DNA of 64,000 nucleotides. Source: Hydrolagus colliei (taxonomy: Eukaryota). The notes beneath the pieces are model-generated. The model made no database searches, was not told where the DNA came from, and saw only the letters and a list, made by a program, of their open reading frames with translations. Below are positions 62,212 to 64,000 of this stretch, in pieces (positions within the stretch are counted from its first letter, which is position 1; the number at the start of each line of letters is the position of its first letter). The DNA is taken from positions 620,001 through 684,000 of the forward strand of contig CM068766.1 of assembly GCA_035084275.1 (NCBI GenBank), given 5' to 3'. Made by a program: the position numbers and the translations under genes.

Positions 62212-64000
62212 TTACTGTTGGGCAAATCCACTTCTCATATTTTCCGAATTTCTCCTCCTCGGGCTCCTGCGATTACTGCTCTGCCCCGAGGGGTAGGCTA
62301 CGATTTGCGACTGTGCGGGTCGGATTCCCCCCAGCCTCCTCATCTCGATCCCGATCTGCGTCAGGGTCTCGGCTGGCGAAGTCTGAAGGCGCTGGAAGAG
62401 GCTTTGGCGGGTCACGGTCTTTTCCTGGCAAGTGAATGCCATGGCGTTGCCCACGTCGACCTTCATTTCTCTGGAGAAGCCATCCGAGGTCCCGTCAAAA
62501 CAGCGCCCGATGGCGATCTCCTTGGCCAACCTTGGATTCTGATCCGTGACGGTATAGATGCCATAGTTGTGGCCCAAGGGGTCCACGGGGGCCAACATAC
62601 TGAAGGCGGACGTGTCGTTGTTTGCCGCCAAGGGGGGATGTCGGCGGAGATATTCCTGGAGGAGGTTGGTGATGGCCACACGACGGCAGCTACCCTGGGG
62701 GATAACCGATACCAGAGTCCGGTCAGCCATGCTTTGGTCGAACAGCATCCCGCCGCACTTGAACTCCACGCAAGCGGCCGATGTATTAGGGCTCTTCATG
62801 TCCCGGACGCTACGGACGTCTCTGAGACCGTATAGCTGTCCCTTAGTGGCTTGGTGGGTCCCCCCCGTGTTCCGTGACCTCAACACCACCTCCTGGGGCC
62901 CGTTGATCCTCACCTTGATGAAGCACGCCCGGAACTCTTGGGGGTTGGGCCACCAGGAGAGGTAGTCGCCAGTCCAACTGGTCAAGTCGTTCTCCTCGAA
63001 GGGAACCACATTGTATTCGTACTTGTTTTCTTCCACCCTGTAGAAGCGGAAATGGTTGGCAGAGACGGGGGCGTCCTCACAGTCCTCGAGGTTTTGGTAG
63101 GGGTAGATTGGGCCATTGGTTTCCTCTATGTTGTTTTGGTTGGGCTTTGCCAGGTTGATCTTGAAGGCCGTCTTCTTGAGCTTCGGGTCCTCGTGGTCTG
63201 TCCTCTGGTACCCTAGTTTGTCGAGGTACGGCTGCGAAACGCCGATCAAATTGGGGTTCATCTTGGGACTAGAGGCCGTAGCCTCAAGCTCCTCGGCTGC
63301 GAGTGTGGCAGTCACATAAGCGGTGTAGGCATCCGGCCTCGCGGAATCACAGAATGCCGGGAGGCATGCTCCGTTTGATCCCGTAATGACGCTGTCAAAG
63401 CGCCCCCACGCCCGAGGATTGGCAGAGTACCCGGCCGTAGGCTCCAGGTTGATCAAGTTGATGACGACTCCCTCCAGTTGCTCGCTGGCCAGGAAACGCT
63501 CGCTCATGTACGCTCGTACTTTCACGTAACAGCGACGGTTTTCCGGAACGTCTAGGTTGAAGAGGCGGCGCTCGCGGATCTCCATGTTGCCGATCAGGAA
63601 GGTCCTCTCCTCGCGCTTGTTGCGGTTCTTCCTCTCCACGCGAAAGACGCTCTCTTCCTCCCAGAAGCCAGTCTCCGGGTTCAGAGACCACAGCTTCATC
63701 TTGCGGACGTGCTCGGGCATCTTGATGCTGGCCGCGTCCAGGTAGACTTTCACCCGTTCCGCTTGAAGGACCTCGTTCGACGCCTCTTCCCTGAAGTCGG
63801 CTGAGAACATACCGTAGGTCCTCAATGGGAAAGCCTCCCCTTCTTCATCGATGAAGTTGAGGTCACTGGGAGCAGTGGTTGCCAACGTAATATTCCTGGG
63901 ATCAAAGAAGGTCACGCTGGCCTTGACTTTCCCGTTGTAGATCTCCCCGTTACTCCTGTGGAAGACATTGGGCGGGATCTCTATCTCCCCAATGGGATCC
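62212..64000 (-). CDS. CILP2: Cartilage intermediate layer protein 2, long terminal coding exon (5'-truncated by the window edge)
   Basis: The frame stays open past the annotated 63915 start to the window end (DPIGEIEIPPNVFHRSNGEIYNGKVKASVTFFDP...). Furin-type site RNKR|EERTFLIGNMEIRERRLFNLDVPE. CILP2-type motifs YEYNVVPF, SWTGD, WWPNPQEFRAC, GQLYGLRD, RLAKEIAIGRCFDG and FSREMK favour CILP2 over CILP1. Confidence 0.93.
   Translation of the reverse strand, partial: DPIGEIEIPPNVFHRSNGEIYNGKVKASVTFFDPRNITLATTAPSDLNFIDEEGEAFPLRTYGMFSADFREEASNEVLQAERVKVYLDAASIKMPEHVRKMKLWSLNPETGFWEEESVFRVERKNRNKREERTFLIGNMEIRERRLFNLDVPENRRCYVKVRAYMSERFLASEQLEGVVINLINLEPTAGYSANPRAWGRFDSVITGSNGACLPAFCDSARPDAYTAYVTATLAAEELEATASSPKMNPNLIGVSQPYLDKLGYQRTDHEDPKLKKTAFKINLAKPNQNNIEETNGPIYPYQNLEDCEDAPVSANHFRFYRVEENKYEYNVVPFEENDLTSWTGDYLSWWPNPQEFRACFIKVRINGPQEVVLRSRNTGGTHQATKGQLYGLRDVRSVRDMKSPNTSAACVEFKCGGMLFDQSMADRTLVSVIPQGSCRRVAITNLLQEYLRRHPPLAANNDTSAFSMLAPVDPLGHNYGIYTVTDQNPRLAKEIAIGRCFDGTSDGFSREMKVDVGNAMAFTCQEKTVTRQSLFQRLQTSPAETLTQIGIEMRRLGGIRPAQSQIVAYPSGQSSNRRSPRRRNSENMRSGFAQQ

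Noticed and set aside
62125-62835. 236-aa + strand ORF
   Set aside because: Antisense shadow of the GC-rich CILP2 coding exon.

Overview
Vertebrate genomic DNA, repeat-rich and intron-containing. The SINE/L2/CR1/Penelope content suggests a cartilaginous fish, possibly elephant shark; this is inference only. Gene order: last three coding exons of PGPEP1 (+, 3988-6197), then three tandem tetherin/BST2-like genes on the - strand (A 13672-19392, B 22993-25882, C 28643-30825), a ~29 kb region with no gene I could recognise, and the long terminal exon of CILP2 (-, 62212 to past the window end). The ORF track misses the tetherin-like genes because they are spliced; I rebuilt them by hand from GT-AG boundaries and intron phases. 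Each encodes a short N-terminal tail, a TM helix, a Cys-containing coiled coil and a hydrophobic C-terminal anchor. Each has a proximal NF-kB + C/EBP + GAS promoter module and an upstream ISRE. Gene A is unusual: internal tandem duplications through chimeric exons give it three coiled-coil modules (~291-293 aa vs 155 aa for B). Its phase-compatible exons could yield tethers of several lengths. A and B are near-identical around exon 1 but diverge sharply in the tail/TM segment. Two assembly gaps are present.
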